A program made the position numbers and the translations under genes. This document shows positions 23,032 to 24,000 of a DNA stretch of 24,000 nt, piece by piece. Numbering within the stretch: the stretch's first letter is position 1; every line of letters starts with the position of its first letter. This stretch comes from Sedimentibacter saalensis (GTDB taxonomy: Bacteria > Bacillota > Clostridia > Tissierellales > Sedimentibacteraceae), in NCBI RefSeq assembly GCF_007830175.1, contig NZ_VLKH01000004.1, positions 322,399-346,398 on the forward strand, read 5' to 3'. A model generated the notes under the pieces. The model made no database searches. It was not told the DNA's origin and worked only from the letters and a program-made list of their open reading frames with translations.

Positions 23032-24000
23032 TTAGTTATTGATTTTAGCCTTTATTTGTCTGTATTTTTTTGAAATTTTTCCTATTAATGCAGCAACTAT
23101 TAACGTCAAAATACTTCCTGATATTCCTGAAAGTGAAGTTCCAAGTTTTGCTTGAGTTTGAGCTTCCTGATCAGATTTAAAATTATAATCCGGAAGAAAT
23201 GAGATTTTATCCTGAACGCTTCTTAGAAGTTCATGTATGCTGCTGTTGCCTTCAACCTCGTTGCTGTCAATTGTTTTTTCTATTGACCATTCAAGACCGT
23301 CAGGATTATTTGATGCATACCATGATGCAATTCCTCCTATAACTAGTGCCGCACAAAGAAGCAATGCAACAACTTTTTTATTATTACTGTTATTAATTTT
23401 ATCCAGGTTGCTGCTTTCAAGAAGTTCGGGGCGGGTGTTCCATAAAAACGAAATGACTGCAGCAGTCAGCAGTCCTTCAACAATACCTATTGCCAGGTGT
23501 ATGGGCTGCATCATAATTACAAACGTGCCAAAAGGAAGTTCAGTCTTCCCTGAAAAAAATGTTTCAAGTACAACAGCAAATGATCCAAGCTGAAGTCCTA
23601 CTACAGCTGCAATCAGCGATCCGATAAGAATATTTTTCTTTGACATTTTCTTATGTATTATTTTTTTATAAATAAGAGGATATGCAACATAACATGTGAA
23701 AAATCCCATGTTGAATATGTTGCATCCAAGTGCAAGCAGCCCCCCATCAGCAAAAAAAAGAGCTTGAATTGCCAGTATTGAAATCAGCGTCAAAAATCCT
23801 GCATGAGGTCCAAGAAGTGCTGCTAAAAGGATGCCTCCTCCAATATGACCGCTGGAACCCGTTCCTGGAATAGTAAAATTTATCATCTGAGAAGCAAAAA
23901 CAAATGCTCCCATAACCCCCATCAAAGGAATCTTTTTTTCATTTTCTTCAATTTCTGTCTGAACCTTTTTTACAGAATATGTGGCAGCGCCAGCAGAAGC
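23032..24000 (-). CDS. cbiM: CbiM-type Ni/Co transporter substrate component fused to a C-terminal PDGLE (CbiN-like) domain; 5' end outside the window
   Basis: The frame is open to the window edge (323 codons). It contains IPLMGVMGAFVFASQMINFTIPGTGSSGHIGGG (CbiM core) and a C-terminal WYASNNPDGLEWSIEK plus a terminal TM helix (PDGLE domain). Confidence 0.8.
   Translation of the reverse strand, partial: ASAGAATYSVKKVQTEIEENEKKIPLMGVMGAFVFASQMINFTIPGTGSSGHIGGGILLAALLGPHAGFLTLISILAIQALFFADGGLLALGCNIFNMGFFTCYVAYPLIYKKIIHKKMSKKNILIGSLIAAVVGLQLGSFAVVLETFFSGKTELPFGTFVIMMQPIHLAIGIVEGLLTAAVISFLWNTRPELLESSNLDKINNSNNKKVVALLLCAALVIGGIASWYASNNPDGLEWSIEKTIDSNEVEGNSSIHELLRSVQDKISFLPDYNFKSDQEAQTQAKLGTSLSGISGSILTLIVAALIGKISKKYRQIKAKINN

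Noticed and set aside
21981-23593. Plus-strand ORFs 21981-22193, 22534-22905 and 23237-23593.
   Set aside because: They are antisense shadows of cbiO, cbiQ and cbiM, with no motifs or translation signals.
1-24000. Scan for CRISPR arrays, tRNA/rRNA genes, transposases, integrases and phage genes.
   Set aside because: No regularly spaced direct repeats, no tRNA-like T-loop/acceptor patterns and no recombinase-like ORFs were found. The only mobile-looking feature is the small palindromic element at 11082-11157.

Overview
AT-rich, Clostridia-like chromosomal segment. Every confident gene except one (9545-11029, DUF1846) is on the minus strand. All family calls come from motifs read by eye in the translations; no searches were run.

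Gene content, in window order:
- A 3'-truncated sigma-54 activator.
- A NUDIX hydrolase, and a large GerMN/FAD-oxidoreductase fusion whose signal anchor is cut off by an in-frame TAA.
- A 490-bp structured intergenic region.
- A run of nucleotide- and ADP-ribose-related enzymes: vWA, macro, HD, GNAT, a small alarmone hydrolase-type HD and a flavodoxin.
- DUF1846, AlaX-L, an SH3b-NlpC/P60 hydrolase and a CsaA-like tRNA-binding protein.
- A membrane GGDEF + HD-GYP protein.
- An agr-type quorum-sensing operon: membrane protein, agrB and agrD. agrD is a 45-aa ORF absent from the supplied ORF track.
- A WYL regulator.
- A nickel-pincer cofactor operon, cbiM(PDGLE)-cbiQ-cbiO-larE-larB-larC, running off the right edge.

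Most interesting observations:
1. The agrBD module has no AgrC/AgrA partner in the window. It is followed after only 51 nt by a polytopic GGDEF/HD-GYP enzyme with no room for its own promoter. This suggests a peptide-pheromone to c-di-GMP link.
2. An orphan plus-strand RNA element (about 4837-5030) has a promoter, a GNRA-capped hairpin, mutually exclusive pairings and an intrinsic terminator, but no downstream ORF. It points antisense into the vWA/macro genes.
3. A palindromic REP/MITE-like element sits between two copies of a bidirectional terminator hairpin.

No rRNA, tRNA, CRISPR array, transposase or integrase was seen.
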